This document shows, piece after piece, positions 13,194 to 24,940 of a DNA stretch of 64,000 nucleotides. The position numbers and the translations under genes were made by a program. The notes under the pieces were generated by a model. It worked only from the letters and a program-made list of their open reading frames with translations. It was not told where the DNA came from and did not search any database. The DNA comes from Octopus sinensis. Its lineage: Eukaryota. How positions within the stretch are numbered: position 1 is the stretch's first letter; the number at the start of each line of letters is the position of its first letter. Location of the stretch: positions 23,374,001 through 23,438,000 of the forward strand of contig NC_043007.1 in the NCBI RefSeq assembly GCF_006345805.1, in the 5' to 3' direction.

Positions 13194-13236
13194 CCACCTG
13201 AAGATTGTCGATCAAGACAAGAAACAATTGTAGTGG
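13194..13236 (+). ncRNA. Type I minimal hammerhead ribozyme (Penelope-type), structurally complete
   Basis: CCAC-CUGAAGA-UUGUC(gaucaa)GACAA-GAAA-CAAUUG-UA^GUGG: stems I and II pair perfectly, core intact, palindromic stem III, GUA cleavage triplet. Confidence 0.8.
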
Positions 13237-13400
13237 CGGTTTTTTTGACTATTTATTAAAATTTTATGTATTGATTAAGTCTTCCTTGTTTGTTTGCAAA
13301 ATAGTGGTTTTGTCTCTAATAATATTTTATAATATTTACTATAAAATTGGATTTAATCCTAAATCTGATTTTTTCCCTGTAAATTTGGATTTATTCCCTA

Positions 13401-13445
<45 letters not shown>

Positions 13446-13447
<2 letters not shown>

Positions 13448-14535
13448 TGAGTGCGATGAGTAAACTGTTGCCATTTTATATTTTTATTTCGTGCATGCGT
13501 ATCGTTTGTTTTTGATTTTGTCAACTATACAGTATAATAGGGTCAGTTGGGCACCGTCCGTGAGAAAAACACAACTATGACGCAATTCACTCTGCCAGGA
13601 ATTTGGAAACAACATGCTGTACTGTTTGGCATTCGTGCCGGAAGCTCCAATACGAACATTTCAGAGTGTTTAAGTGTCAATCTGAGGGCTGTGCAGAGGA
13701 TTCGGAAAGAGTTAGATGCGTCTAATGGTGATTACGAAGGTATGGCAGTTCAGAAAACTCACTCTGATCGTTCTTATAAGAACTCCTGAATTTGTTGATG
13801 AGATCCAGGCCATGATTGACAACGAACATAATTTGGTTTTTCTCAGACGAGAAAAACTTCTGCCTGGATTAGATGGTGAACACACAGAACAACCGTTGGC
13901 TTGCTGTGTTCCCAAAACATGTACCGAGAGTGATGAAAATCAAACATCCAGTCAACATTACGACATTTGGAGTGATCACTAGTGGTGGCGACGTTAAGCC
14001 TCCATTCATCTTCCCACATGGCCTCAAACTCAACACGGAAGCCGACATCAAGTACCTGGAGGAGGTAGTGCTGCCCTGGCTCAAAAGGGTGTCTACTGGA
14101 AGACCCTTTGACTGGCAACAGGACTTTGCACCATGCTACACAAGCAGGAGAACCCAGTCATGGCTGTCAGACAATTTCTGCGACCACATTGCCCCTATCA
14201 TCTCGCCACCTAACTCCCCAAACTGCAACCCCCCTAATTATTATGTGTTGAGCGCAGATGAGCGGAAGACCAACAAAACTCTTTGTAACACCAAAGATGA
14301 ACTGAAAGCAAGGATTATGGCAGCATTCACCCACTTAAGCAAGGAGACCATCAAGAAGAGCTGCAGGAGATTCCGAAGTCGTCTGGAGGTCGTGTTTGAC
14401 GCCAATGGCGATTTTTATTGAATAAATTTACTATTTAGTATTTCAAGATATTTTTATATAATTTTGGTAAATATATGTTAGAATGAGATGTGAGTATTAT
14501 TTTCATTTTGCTTAATTTAGACGACAACTTATTCG
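13446..14535 (+). mobile_element. Tc1/mariner DD37D (maT-type) transposon, degenerate
   Basis: Carries the transposase pseudogene; left end follows (TA)n; right TIR eroded so the boundary is approximate. Confidence 0.75.
13577..14421 (+). pseudogene. DD37D transposase pseudogene
   Basis: HTH-like N-terminus, then WFFSDEKNF (in frame, followed by a stop), WQQD-37 aa-N (SPPNSPNCNPPNYY for WPPNSPDLNPLDY); frameshift, deletion and stop. Confidence 0.88.
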
Positions 14536-14715
14536 TGTGTGTGTGTGTTTTGTGTGTATGTATGTATGTATGTATGTATGTATATATGTATGTATGTATG
14601 TATGTATGGATATACACACACACATATATATATACATATCTGTGCGCTTTTTTGTATAGATGTGTGTACTTATACATTTATATATATATTTTCATATACA
14701 TAAATGTGTACATGC

Positions 14716-14756
<41 letters not shown>

Positions 14757-15117
14757 ATATATATATATATATATATATGTAGATATATATTCAGATATGT
14801 ACTTTTATAATACATTAATATATATATATGTATACACATATAAACATGGTATAATGTTTGTAACTTTTTATTCCGTCTCTCTCTTTGTACGTGCGCGTGC
14901 GTATGTTTATGTAACTATGTATATGTAGATATGTATGTATATATGTGGGTGTGTATGCGTGTGCATGTGTGTACTTGAATGGCAATCATTATTTTCCCTC
15001 TTCCTGTATATAAGTTTTCTTATATACTCCATTTCATTTTTCTATATATCAACGTCTTTTACAAAGAAGTCATTTGACTGGACTATTTTCTCTCAAATCA
15101 GCCTCACTACGCTTCCT

Positions 15118-15161
<44 letters not shown>

Positions 15162-15329
15162 TCTCTTCTCTTTCTTTCTCTCTCTCTCTTTTATTTTTCT
15201 TGTTTTGCTTCTCACGCCTACCCCGTTATCGTCTACACCTTTGTTAACAACATATCCAACTGGGAATGTCTATTCTGACTTAAATAATAATGCTACTGAC
15301 AATGTTCGTTTCTAATATAAGCCATAGAG

Positions 15330-15525
15330 CTACAAATGGGTTTTTTTGAGTAGGAGTGGATAATCAATTAAATCATCCGCAGTATTTTGCCTGTACCTTA
15401 TTTTAACGAACTCGGCGGGATTGAACGATGAGTTGTCGTTGACGGAATTTAAACCTGGTACGTAGAAAACGGAACAATTGCGGCAAAGCATTTTGTCCGA
15501 CGCTCTAATGATTCTTCCAGTTCAC
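15330..15525 (-). mobile_element. SINE family B, diverged
   Basis: cggaatttaaacc...aagcattttgtccgacgctctaatgattcttccagttcac matches the family B head on the minus strand. Confidence 0.6.
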
Positions 15526-15572
<47 letters not shown>

Positions 15573-15575
<3 letters not shown>

Positions 15576-15812
15576 GTGCTCATGGGAACTGCTCATATCC
15601 TACGCAAAATACTTTCTATGTAGCCTCAAGTTTTAAAACAAACATAACTTTTGTTTTTATTTTTTTTTAGGCATTCACTAGTACAACACTAAATACAAAA
15701 CCAAATATATGGCACACTAGGCATAACAACAATACGAACTTCCAACCTGTTGTCTCTGTGTGAGACTTGGAACCAACTTGTACAAATATAAAGCAAAAGT
15801 CAAACATAGAAT
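15573..15812 (+). mobile_element. 3' end of an R4/Dong-clade non-LTR retrotransposon inserted in (TAA)n
   Basis: Reads IVLMGTAHILRKILSM* (stop 15621-15623), like the R4/Dong C-terminal LLGTAHILRKVL, then a 3' UTR; (TAA)n on both sides. Confidence 0.7.
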
Positions 15813-15827
15813 AATAATAATAATAAC

Positions 15828-15873
<46 letters not shown>

Positions 15874-15929
15874 TAATTTACTTTCTTTTTATTATTGTTG
15901 TTATTTCAGCAATCAGCTGGAGGAATCAT

Positions 15930-16040
15930 TAGCTGGAGCAGTCGTAGCGAGCAAAATGCTTAGCGGCATTTCGTCCGTCTTTGCGTTCTGAGTTCAAATT
16001 CTATCGTGCTGGACTTTGCCTTTCATCCTTCGGGGTCGAT
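15930..16040 (+). mobile_element. SINE family B fragment
   Basis: aaaatgcttagcggcatttcgtcc...gttctgagttcaaatt...gactttgcctttcatccttcggggtcgat. Confidence 0.75.
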
Positions 16041-16041
16041 G

Positions 16042-16203
16042 TACGACGGGCTTCTTTCAGTTTCCGTCTACTTAATCCACTCACTGGGCTTTAGTTGGCC
16101 CAAGGCTATAGTAGAAGACACTTACCTAAGGTGCCATGAAGTGGGACTGAACCCGGAACCATGTGGTTGGTAAGCAAGCTACTAACCACACAGTCACTCC
16201 TGT
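16042..16203 (-). mobile_element. SINE family A, 5' half
   Basis: tacgacgggcttctttcagtttccgtctac...accacacagtcactcctg. Confidence 0.85.
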
Positions 16204-16319
16204 ACCTTGTGTATGTGTGGGATTACATGATTTAGTGTGTTCTTTCTATATTTATGATGTTAGGAAGTATTGTGAAGATTTTTTGGGTATTGCTTCCATG
16301 ATGGTAAGCGGCTGTCATT

Positions 16320-16660
16320 TACTTGCTTAAGTCATTATGCTGCAGCCATGCTGGAGCAGCGCCTTGAAGAGTTTAGTCGAACAAATCGACCGCAGTACAT
16401 GTTTTTATATTTAGCACTTATTCTACTAATCAATTTTGCCGAACTGCTAGATTACAGTGACGTAAACAAACCAATAACAGTTGTCAAGCGGCGGTGGGGA
16501 CAAACACACACAGACACACAAACGAGAGGTTTCCAAATTCACTCTCAAAGCATTAGTCAGCCCTGAGCTATAGTAGAACACACTTGCCCATGGTGCCACG
16601 CAGTAGGACTGAACCCGAAATCACCTGTTTCTTAAGCTGAAGTTCCTAACCACAGAGTCA
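16320..16660 (-). mobile_element. SINE family A, diverged
   Basis: Tail and head blocks recognisable; internal microsatellite short. Confidence 0.75.
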
Positions 16661-17251
16661 TAGAGGACTTCTTTCTGAATTGCGTATTTAGTGATTTAAT
16701 CCACTGAGTTTTTTTTTTTTTGTTTGTTTGTTTTGTGTGTATTTTTTTAATGCAAATGGTAAATAGTTTTTAAATGAAAATATTATGGAACTTTTACCAA
16801 ACAGAATTCTGGGTGGCATCAACATTCTTGGGAAGATTTTCTCCATTCGCGAAATAACTAAACGAGAGTTAAACTGAAATAAATAACATGCCTTTACAAA
16901 TTAACAATCTCACCCGGTGCTCAGTGTTTAGAAATGTATGAGTGTGCTTGTACTGGAAAGTGTACAGAATCTGCAACATTTTTGTGTACGTGGAAGTAGT
17001 GTTAACATTTTTTGTAAGTATTTCTTTTACCTTGCTTGTTAATGTTCTCGGCATTAAAAAAAAATGCTAACTAGCAAATATTTATATACGCATACAAAAT
17101 AATATATACAAAAGTCATAACGGTTAAATGCTGTTAGGCGTTTATAAATAACATACACACTATGCAAATAAGCATCATACTATATATATACCACATACTC
17201 AAACACTATTCTATGACCTCGTAATTGCTACATACATCCGTATTTTTTTAA

Positions 17252-18065
17252 TCTTTTACTTGTTTCAGTCATTAGACTGAGGCCATGCTGGGGCTCTACC
17301 TTGAAGAATTGTTTTAGTCGAACGAATCCATCTCAGTGCTTATTTTTTTAAGCCTGGTATTTTTTTCTTCGGACGCTTTTTGTCGAACCGCTAACCACAC
17401 CAGGGCCTAAACACACCAACACCGATTGTCAAGCGCCTATACGAGATGATCTCTCAACGCTATAACGCAAAAGGCGGCGAGCTGGTAGAAACGTTAGCAC
17501 GCCGGGCGAAATGCTCAGCAGTATTTCGTCTGCCGCTACGTTCTGAGTTCAAATTCCGCTGAGGTCGACTTTGCCTTTCATCCTTTCGGGGTCGATTAAA
17601 TAAGTACCAGTTACGCACTGGGGTCGATATAATCGACTTAATCCGTTTGTCTGTCCTTGTTTGTCCCTTCTGTGTTTAGCCCCTTGTGGGTAGTAAAGAA
17701 ATAGGGATTTCGTCTGCCGTTATGTTCTGAGTTCAAATTCCGCCGAGGTCGACTTTGCCTTTCATCCTTTCGGGGTCGATAAATTAAGTACCAGTTACAA
17801 ACTGGGGTCGATGTAATTGACTTAATCCGTTTGTCTGTCCTTGTTTGTCCCCTCTATGTTTAGCTCCTTGTGGGCAATAAAGAAATAAGAAACGCTATAA
17901 CGCAATATTCGGTGTTCTAACAAGATATCCATATTTAGTGGGACACACACACGCACACACATTTATATATACGACGAGCTTCTTTCAGTTTCCCTCTATG
18001 AAATCCACTCACAGAAGTTTATTCGGCCCGAAACTATAGTACAAGACACTTGTCCTAGATGTTAC
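17252..18065 (-). mobile_element. SINE family A split by a younger family B dimer
   Basis: Tail at 17252-17435 and head-side at ~17938-18065 flank the family B insertion. Confidence 0.7.
17471..17890 (+). mobile_element. SINE family B (Meta-like central domain), head plus two tandem bodies, with TSD
   Basis: ggcggcgagctggtagaaacgttagcacg head; ggtcgactttgcctttcatcctttcggggtcgat...aagtaccag twice; 15-bp TSD aacgctataacgcaa (17456-17470 / 17891-17905). Confidence 0.9.
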
Positions 18066-18537
18066 GTTGTTTGTAGGTTATAGTTGTTTGTAGGTTATAG
18101 TTTTGCAGCGTCAATAGTCCATTATTCTGGTATATTCCACTAGAAACACCTGAAAAATAAATCTTTAAATGGTCTATTAGGTACACACTAAGAAGTCTTT
18201 GGACTCTGCTGCACACGCAACCGAAGTACGTTTTAGAATTTTTTAATTATCTTAATAGGTTTTTCTCAGAAAATCAGCGCTTTCCGTGAAATAATTGTAA
18301 TCGTCCTAGCAAAGTTAATGATAGCAGTTCGGTAATAAACGCATAGTAATTCTCGTTATACACCCCCCACACTCACACACACTCATTCACATACACACAC
18401 ACACACAATAACACACACACACATACACACAAAGGATCAAAAGTAAACGAAGAGTTTCAATAACCTTAAGTACTGAGTACTCTTTTGACCTTCATATTTC
18501 TAATGCCTACGCTATATACATGCGTACATATACGTAT

Positions 18538-18571
<34 letters not shown>

Positions 18572-18575
<4 letters not shown>

Positions 18576-18874
18576 CGGCGAAATGGCCCAGTGGTTAGGG
18601 CAGCGGTCGTAGGATCGCGGTTTCGATTCCCAGACCGGGCGTTGTGAGTGTTTATTGAGCGAAAACACCTAAAGCTCCACGATGCTCCGGCAGGGGTGGT
18701 GGCGATCCCTGCTGTACTCTTTCGCTACAACTTTCTCTCACTCTTTCTTCTGTTGGCCTTCTCGCGTAACCAGCGGGGTGGCGCCATTTGAAGGCTAAAA
18801 CAATGCGAAGAGCATTGTGACCAGCGATGTGTAGAAACATCTGATAGCCTGGTCGGTCACGGTGATCACGGTGA
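18572..18874 (+). mobile_element. SINE family D with tail type T2
   Basis: Same head/body as 6714-7025 but 3' segment ...gcattgtgaccagcgatgtgtag...ggtcggtcacggtgatcacggtga. Confidence 0.85.
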
Positions 18875-18906
<32 letters not shown>

Positions 18907-18909
<3 letters not shown>

Positions 18910-19223
18910 TACAAAAAGGGACAAGAACGCAAAACATCTGGACAACTAGGTGATACAAAAAGGGACAACAAAACATCCAGATAGATGATACAAATAAACA
19001 AGGACGAGTCATTCGAAGCTTTCTATCCTCAGTCAAGAACCGGATCATCCTCGAACAAGATTAATCAGCCGAAATTGCAAGGATGATCCGGTTCTTGACT
19101 GGGGATAGAAGCTTCGAATGACCCGTCCTTGTTTTTTTTTGCATCGTCTATCTGGATGTTTTGTTGTTCTTTTTGTATCACCTAGTTGTCCAGATGTTTT
19201 TGCGTTTGTCCCATTTTGTATTA
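18907..19223. repeat. Long palindrome (arms ~145 bp, 28-bp spacer), probably inverted Penelope-like terminal repeats
   Basis: 18907-19051 is the reverse complement of 19080-19223; directly joined to a hammerhead-bearing module. Confidence 0.85.
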
Positions 19224-19421
19224 ATGTGACCACGTGTGTATCGTTGGCGATTTTTTTCCTCGTCTTCCCTTCCTTGGATCTTTCCTTTCCTATGTTCTGA
19301 CGAGAGCTCCGCTCGAAACGTTAAATCTTCCTTCTTTCTTTCCTTTCCTGAGCGTCCAATAATACTAATTGTTCCACGTTCCGTGTTGTTGTGTTTTCTC
19401 TTTGTGTTTTCTTGTTTCGAT

Positions 19422-19428
<7 letters not shown>
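19224..19428 (+). mobile_element. Penelope-like terminal repeat module (homologous to 61924-62133)
   Basis: atgtgaccacgtgtgtatcgtt...gagcgtccaataa...gattaacta then (TA)n; contains a hammerhead motif. Confidence 0.7.
19295..19325 (+). ncRNA. Minimal hammerhead-like motif, canonical core, eroded stem I
   Basis: CUGACGA-GAGC(ucc)GCUC-GAAA-CGUU; only ~2 bp of stem I remain. Confidence 0.6.
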
Positions 19429-19466
<38 letters not shown>

Positions 19467-19517
19467 CGGTGTACGTAGACTTTGTTCTCCTCTCTCTCTC
19501 TCTATCTCTCTCTTCTA

Positions 19518-19557
<40 letters not shown>

Positions 19558-19916
19558 CATACATACATACATAAACGCACAAACATATGTATGTCTGCAT
19601 GCATTTATGTATGCATGTACGTATGAAATTTTTCAGTTTACTTTTATTTGCAGATTAACTACAGTGCAGTTAATGTTCAATGTCAGTTGCATTCTCAGTT
19701 GCATTCCTTTCGGTTTTGCAATAGCACAGAGCTATGTTTTACGTTAAGTTAACAATAACATCGTATAATAAGAGTAAAGATATCAACCCATCTCCCCGAG
19801 CTATACGTTTCACTAATACTCTAAGAATACATGCTCATATACATACATACACACACACATACATATATACATATATACATACGTATATACATGCATACTT
19901 ACATATGTACATTATA

Positions 19917-20214
19917 TCACGTGAGCACGTGACCGACCCGACCATCAGATGTTGTTACACATCGCTGGTCACAATGCGTTCGCATTGTTTTAGGCCTTCG
20001 AATGACGCCACCCAGCTGGCTAGGCGAGCAGGCCAACAGAAGAAAGAGTGGTGAAAGAGTACAGCAGGATCCCACCCCTGCCGGAGCCTAGTGGAACTTT
20101 TAGGTTTTTGGTGTTTTCGAATCATTAAACACACAAACGCCCGGTCTGGGATCGAAACCGCGATCCTACGACCGCGAGTCCACTGCCCTAACCACTGGGC
20201 CATTGCGCCTCCAC
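19917..20214 (-). mobile_element. SINE family D with tail type T2
   Basis: Reverse complement of 18572-18874. Confidence 0.85.
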
Positions 20215-20258
20215 ACACACACACCACACACATATATGATATATATATATATATATCC

Positions 20259-20337
<79 letters not shown>

Positions 20338-20390
20338 ATTATATATATATATATAAGATATATATATATCTATATATTATATATATATAT

Positions 20391-20428
<38 letters not shown>

Positions 20429-20728
20429 TACGTATATACATGCATACGTATATACATGGATACTTACATGTGTACATTATATACAAAGATTTATTTCTTT
20501 TATCTTCCTCCATATCAGCCAGCGTGCCGTCCTACTTCACCGAGATGAGTCTTTGCAGACCTTCCAGAATTTATCATCAATTTACTTCATTACTTCAGAA
20601 TCTACCGAGTCACACACAATCCATTCAGCTCTTCATTCACACAGTCGTTGTTAACACCCATCCTTTTACCCCTATGAGTTATCACCGAAATTTCTTTCTC
20701 ACACCCGCACATACACGTTTATGTATGA

Positions 20729-21092
20729 ATGGATGAGGAGGATGGGTGGGTGGGTGTATGGATGGATGGATGGATGGGTGGATGGATGGGTGGGTGGGTG
20801 GGTGGGTGGATGGATGGATGGATGGGTCGATGGGTCGATGGATGGATGGATGGGTGGGTGGATGGGTGGGTGGATGGGTGGGTAGGTGGGTGGGTGGATG
20901 GGTGGATAGGTGGATGGATTGATGGGTTTTGATGGATAGATGGAAGGATGGATGGATGGATGGATGGAGGGGTGGATGAATGGATGGCTGGGTGGATGGG
21001 TGATGGAAGGATGGATGGATGGATGGATGGATGGATGGATGGGTGGATGGATGGATGGATGGGTGGATGGATGGATGGAAAGATGGATGGAT
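20729..21092. repeat. (GGAT/GGGT)n tetranucleotide array
   Basis: Direct inspection. Confidence 0.95.
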
Positions 21093-21267
21093 CTATTTAT
21101 ACACTGACACACATATATATATGTATAAAGTACTATGTGTTTGTGTGTGGTGTTGGTACTGATATTCATGTCTGTGCCCTGTCGTGGCTTCAGCATGGCT
21201 ACAGTATGGCCACGGCATGTCCACAGCTTTTCAGTTGGAATACATAAAGTAATGAAGGAATTACATT

Positions 21268-21595
21268 ACACACACACACACATATATATATACATACATA
21301 CATACATACACACATTACAGATATAAATACGTTCGTATATGCATACATACACACACACATACATACATACATACACGCGCACACACATACATATATACAT
21401 GCACGCACACACATGCATACATGCACGCACACACACATACATATATACATACATGCACGCACACATACATACACACATACATACATGCATACACATACAT
21501 ACATACATACATACATACACACATACATACATACATACATACATACATACATACATACATACATACATACATACATACATGCACACATACATACT
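21268..21595. repeat. (CATA/CACA)n compound microsatellite
   Basis: Direct inspection. Confidence 0.95.
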
Positions 21596-21754
21596 GTACA
21601 AACAAACAAAAGGCATCGAAACAATATGACTTGAACAAAACTGCCGCTGGAGACCTGGCTCAAGAGTTTGAAATAAACATAGAGGGCGCTTTTGTACCGT
21701 TATGTCAGCTCTAGACGGTTGACACCGATGAATTTTGTATGTCTTTCAAAGAAA

Positions 21755-22151
21755 TCTTTATATATAAAAGTGAAGTTGTGTGTCTGTCTCCTACGATTTA
21801 GATTCCTAACTACTCCCACATTTTGCGGTGCAGTGTAACCAAAAGCGGGTATTTTATAGTCGTGATTCATATCGTGCCCTTCTGGGTATTAGCGCGCGTC
21901 TACGATGAGTCTACGATTTAAAAAAAAATTTACCATCATTTGTTCCATTTTTATGCATTTTTTTGCTATTATATAAGGAAAGTAACTCTCTAAAAATGTA
22001 TTATTAATCTCAGAACGTAAAAAAGCTACAGTAACACCCCCCCCCCTTTGTGATTAGCCATATTGAGATGGCTATTATACTTTACATCTTTAAAAATGCT
22101 TATATAGTTATTTCCCTTACAAACCAGAGCAACGCCGGGCGATACTGCTAG
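21755..22151 (+). mobile_element. Non-autonomous Helitron
   Basis: A|TCtttatatataaaag 5' end; imperfect GC-rich hairpin (ccagagcaacgccggg) shortly upstream of the CTAG|T 3' end; A-T target, no TSD. Confidence 0.85.
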
Positions 22152-22559
22152 TAAGAAATAAAACAACAGAAGATACTGCTGTCTTGAATTCTGGACTATA
22201 ATTGGCAGAGCTTCCTTCAGAAACAGAGACAGCTTACGGAGAGAAAAGAAAGGTAGAGCTGCAAAATTCAATAAACCACTCGAACGATAAAAAAAAATAA
22301 CTGTGAAAGCAATCACGCCAACGGTGAAATTACAAAAATTGTTAGAAGCTGACTTCAAGAACAATTAATAGTCAGACTCTTTTGATGTCAGTCTGTGAAA
22401 GAAGAGGAAAACATAACAGTGTAATAAAAACAATAGAAATAGTTACGTAAATACAAATGTAGCTGAGATATTTCAATGCTGGGAAAGATCTTTTTTCGCA
22501 ATGACTTTACACTAATACCCCCACGTAACATGGAAATAGTGTTTAGAAATCTTGGATAG

Positions 22560-22690
22560 ACCGTGTGATGTGGATATTCACGATACAGAAATTACGAAAG
22601 AAGAAATAGAAAAAGTGCTAAATGTGAAAACCCGTAAAACTCTCCGCCAATCCAGCATTGATGCAACGGTACTGAAGTTCTAAAAGTTGG
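22560..22690 (+). mobile_element. Highly decayed LINE ORF2 remnant (endonuclease-RT linker)
   Basis: Reads IHDTEITKEEIEKVLNVKTRKTLRQSSIDATVLK, resembling the LINE 'ITxEEIxKAIxxLKxxKSPGxDGIxxEVLK' motif. Confidence 0.35.
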
Positions 22691-22737
22691 ATGATGGTAA
22701 ATGGTTGATATGTTACGCAATATCTACATAGAACCAA

Positions 22738-22950
22738 AGCAGCGAGCTGGCATAACTGTTACCACGCCGGGAAAAAAGCTCAGAAGCATTTCTTCCGACT
22801 TTACGTTCTGAGTTCAAATTTCGCCGCGGACGACTTTACCTTTCATCCTTTCGGGATCGATAGAATAGGTACCAGTTGAGCTCTATGGTTGATATTATCG
22901 ACTTACCCCTTCCCTCGAAATTGCTGGCCTTGTGCTAAAATTTGAAATTA
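22738..22950 (+). mobile_element. SINE family B (tail type 2)
   Basis: gcagcgagctggc...gttctgagttcaaatt...cttaccccttccctcgaaattgctggccttgtgctaaaatttgaaa. Confidence 0.8.
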
Positions 22951-23596
22951 ATATCTACGCAGAAGCGAAAACAGAAAGCACACAAAAAGAGATCCCCGTG
23001 CATGCTTATATGTGCATGTATGTATGTATGTTATTATGGTATGTATGTATGTATGTATGTATGTATGTAGTATGTATGTATGTATGTATGTATGTTGTAT
23101 GTATGTATGTATGTAGTATGGTATGTACGTACGTATGTCGTACGTACGTGTGTTGTGTGTGTGTGTGTGGTGTGTGTGTGTGTGTGTGTAAGTGGCATTC
23201 TTCTGGAAGTAATTCCATGACATGGTAATTAAGCCACAGCTTGGACTCTCAGAGATGCTACTACTACGGGTCAGAGAAAACTTGGGAACAATTGTGGTTA
23301 AGAAGTGGTTTCACGCTTCTCAAAAGCCAGGATCTTCAGCACCATGGCCTGCATCCTGAAAACGGTGCTCGTAGCACTTGTTGTATTAGACCAATACAAA
23401 TTTGAAAGACGAAAGAGTGGGGTTGGTTCTGTACAAATCATACCCAATTTGACAGCATTCAGGTTGTTCGGCAAACCAAGAAAACCAGCACCAACACCTT
23501 AACGCTTTGTTCATAAGTCTAGTAGCGATAACATTGTACAGCTGTGTTTTGCTAAACCCTCATTTGTTGAAGCGTCGACATAATCCACCACCACCT

Positions 23597-23638
23597 ATGT
23601 ATGTATTTATTTATTGCATACGTATTTGTGTGTGTGTG

Positions 23639-23669
<31 letters not shown>

Positions 23670-24080
23670 TGTGTGTATGTATGTTTGTATGTATGTGTTG
23701 TATGTATGTATGTAATGAATGTATGTATGTATTGTATGTATTAATGTATGTATGTATGTATGTATGTATGTATGTATGTATGTATGTATGAATGTATGTA
23801 TGTATGTATGTATGTGTTGTATGTATGTATGTGTTGTATGTATGTATGTATGTATGTATGTATGTATGTGTTTGTATGTATGTATGTATGTATGTATGTA
23901 TGTGTTGTATGTATGTATGTATGTATGTATGTATGTATGTATGTATGTATGAATGTATGTATGTATGTATGTATGTGTTGTATGTATGTATGTTGTATGT
24001 ATGTATGTATGTATGCATGTATGTATGTATGTATGTATGTATGTATGTATGTGTTGTATGTATGAATGTATGTATGCTAT
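23597..24080. repeat. (TATG)n microsatellite array
   Basis: Direct inspection. Confidence 0.95.
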
Positions 24081-24344
24081 GTACCAGACAGGTGCGTGTC
24101 TACAAGATCTCGACACTTCATAGCTTTCATTTAAACCAAATGAGTCTGAAATATGATAAGAAGCTTCGCACTAAAAGTGCAATTTACAAACTATTTCGAG
24201 CTAAATTAGCCTTGAGTATGCGGAAGCATGACCAGGCTTGGTTCTTTGGAAAACTAACTTACCACTCCATATCTTCACACTTCAGTCCAAATCTTTATAC
24301 TTCAGACCATGAGATTAGCTGTTCACTGGGGCTATATATTTTTT

Positions 24345-24553
24345 TTATTTGTTTCAGTCATTTGACTGAGGCCATGCTGAAGCACCTCCTTTATTCGAGT
24401 AAATCGAACCCAGGACATATTCTTTGTAAGCCTAGTACTTATTCTATCGGTTTCTTTTTCCGAACCGCTAAGTTACAGGGACGTAAACACACCAGCATCG
24501 GTTGTCAAGCGATGGTGGGGAGACAAACACAGACACACAATATAATCACACAC

Positions 24554-24636
<83 letters not shown>

Positions 24637-24940
24637 GACGGGCTTCTTTCAGTTTCCGTCTACCAAGTTCACTCACAAGGCTTTAGTCAGCCTGAGGCTA
24701 TAGTAGAAGACATTTGCCCAAGGTGTCACGCAGTAGGGCTGGACCTGGTAAGTTAAGTTAAGTTAAGTTAATTTTGGGGCTCAAAAAGCAAAAAAGCAAG
24801 GCTATGTAGGGGGACATACAGTTATGTACAGGGGTGTTCATGCAAAGAGTTCAGGCCATTTCAGGTCAAGAGAGACTTTGAACCGAGCGGTCTGCGGCAT
24901 CTTCACTCTCCTTCTCCTTCTTACCACACAGCCACTCCTG
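24345..24940 (-). mobile_element. SINE family A interrupted near its head by a retroposon 3' end
   Basis: Family A 24345-24749 and 24921-24940 (cttaccacacagccactcctg) flank the insert. Confidence 0.8.
24750..24920 (-). mobile_element. 5'-truncated LINE 3' end with (TTAAC)n tail
   Basis: agttaagttaagttaagttaa tandem tail next to unique sequence, nested within a SINE. Confidence 0.5.

Noticed and set aside
16905-16985. Possible minus-strand exon (ILYTFQYKHTHTFLNTEHR)
   Set aside because: Acceptor lacks a polypyrimidine tract and the donor is mediocre
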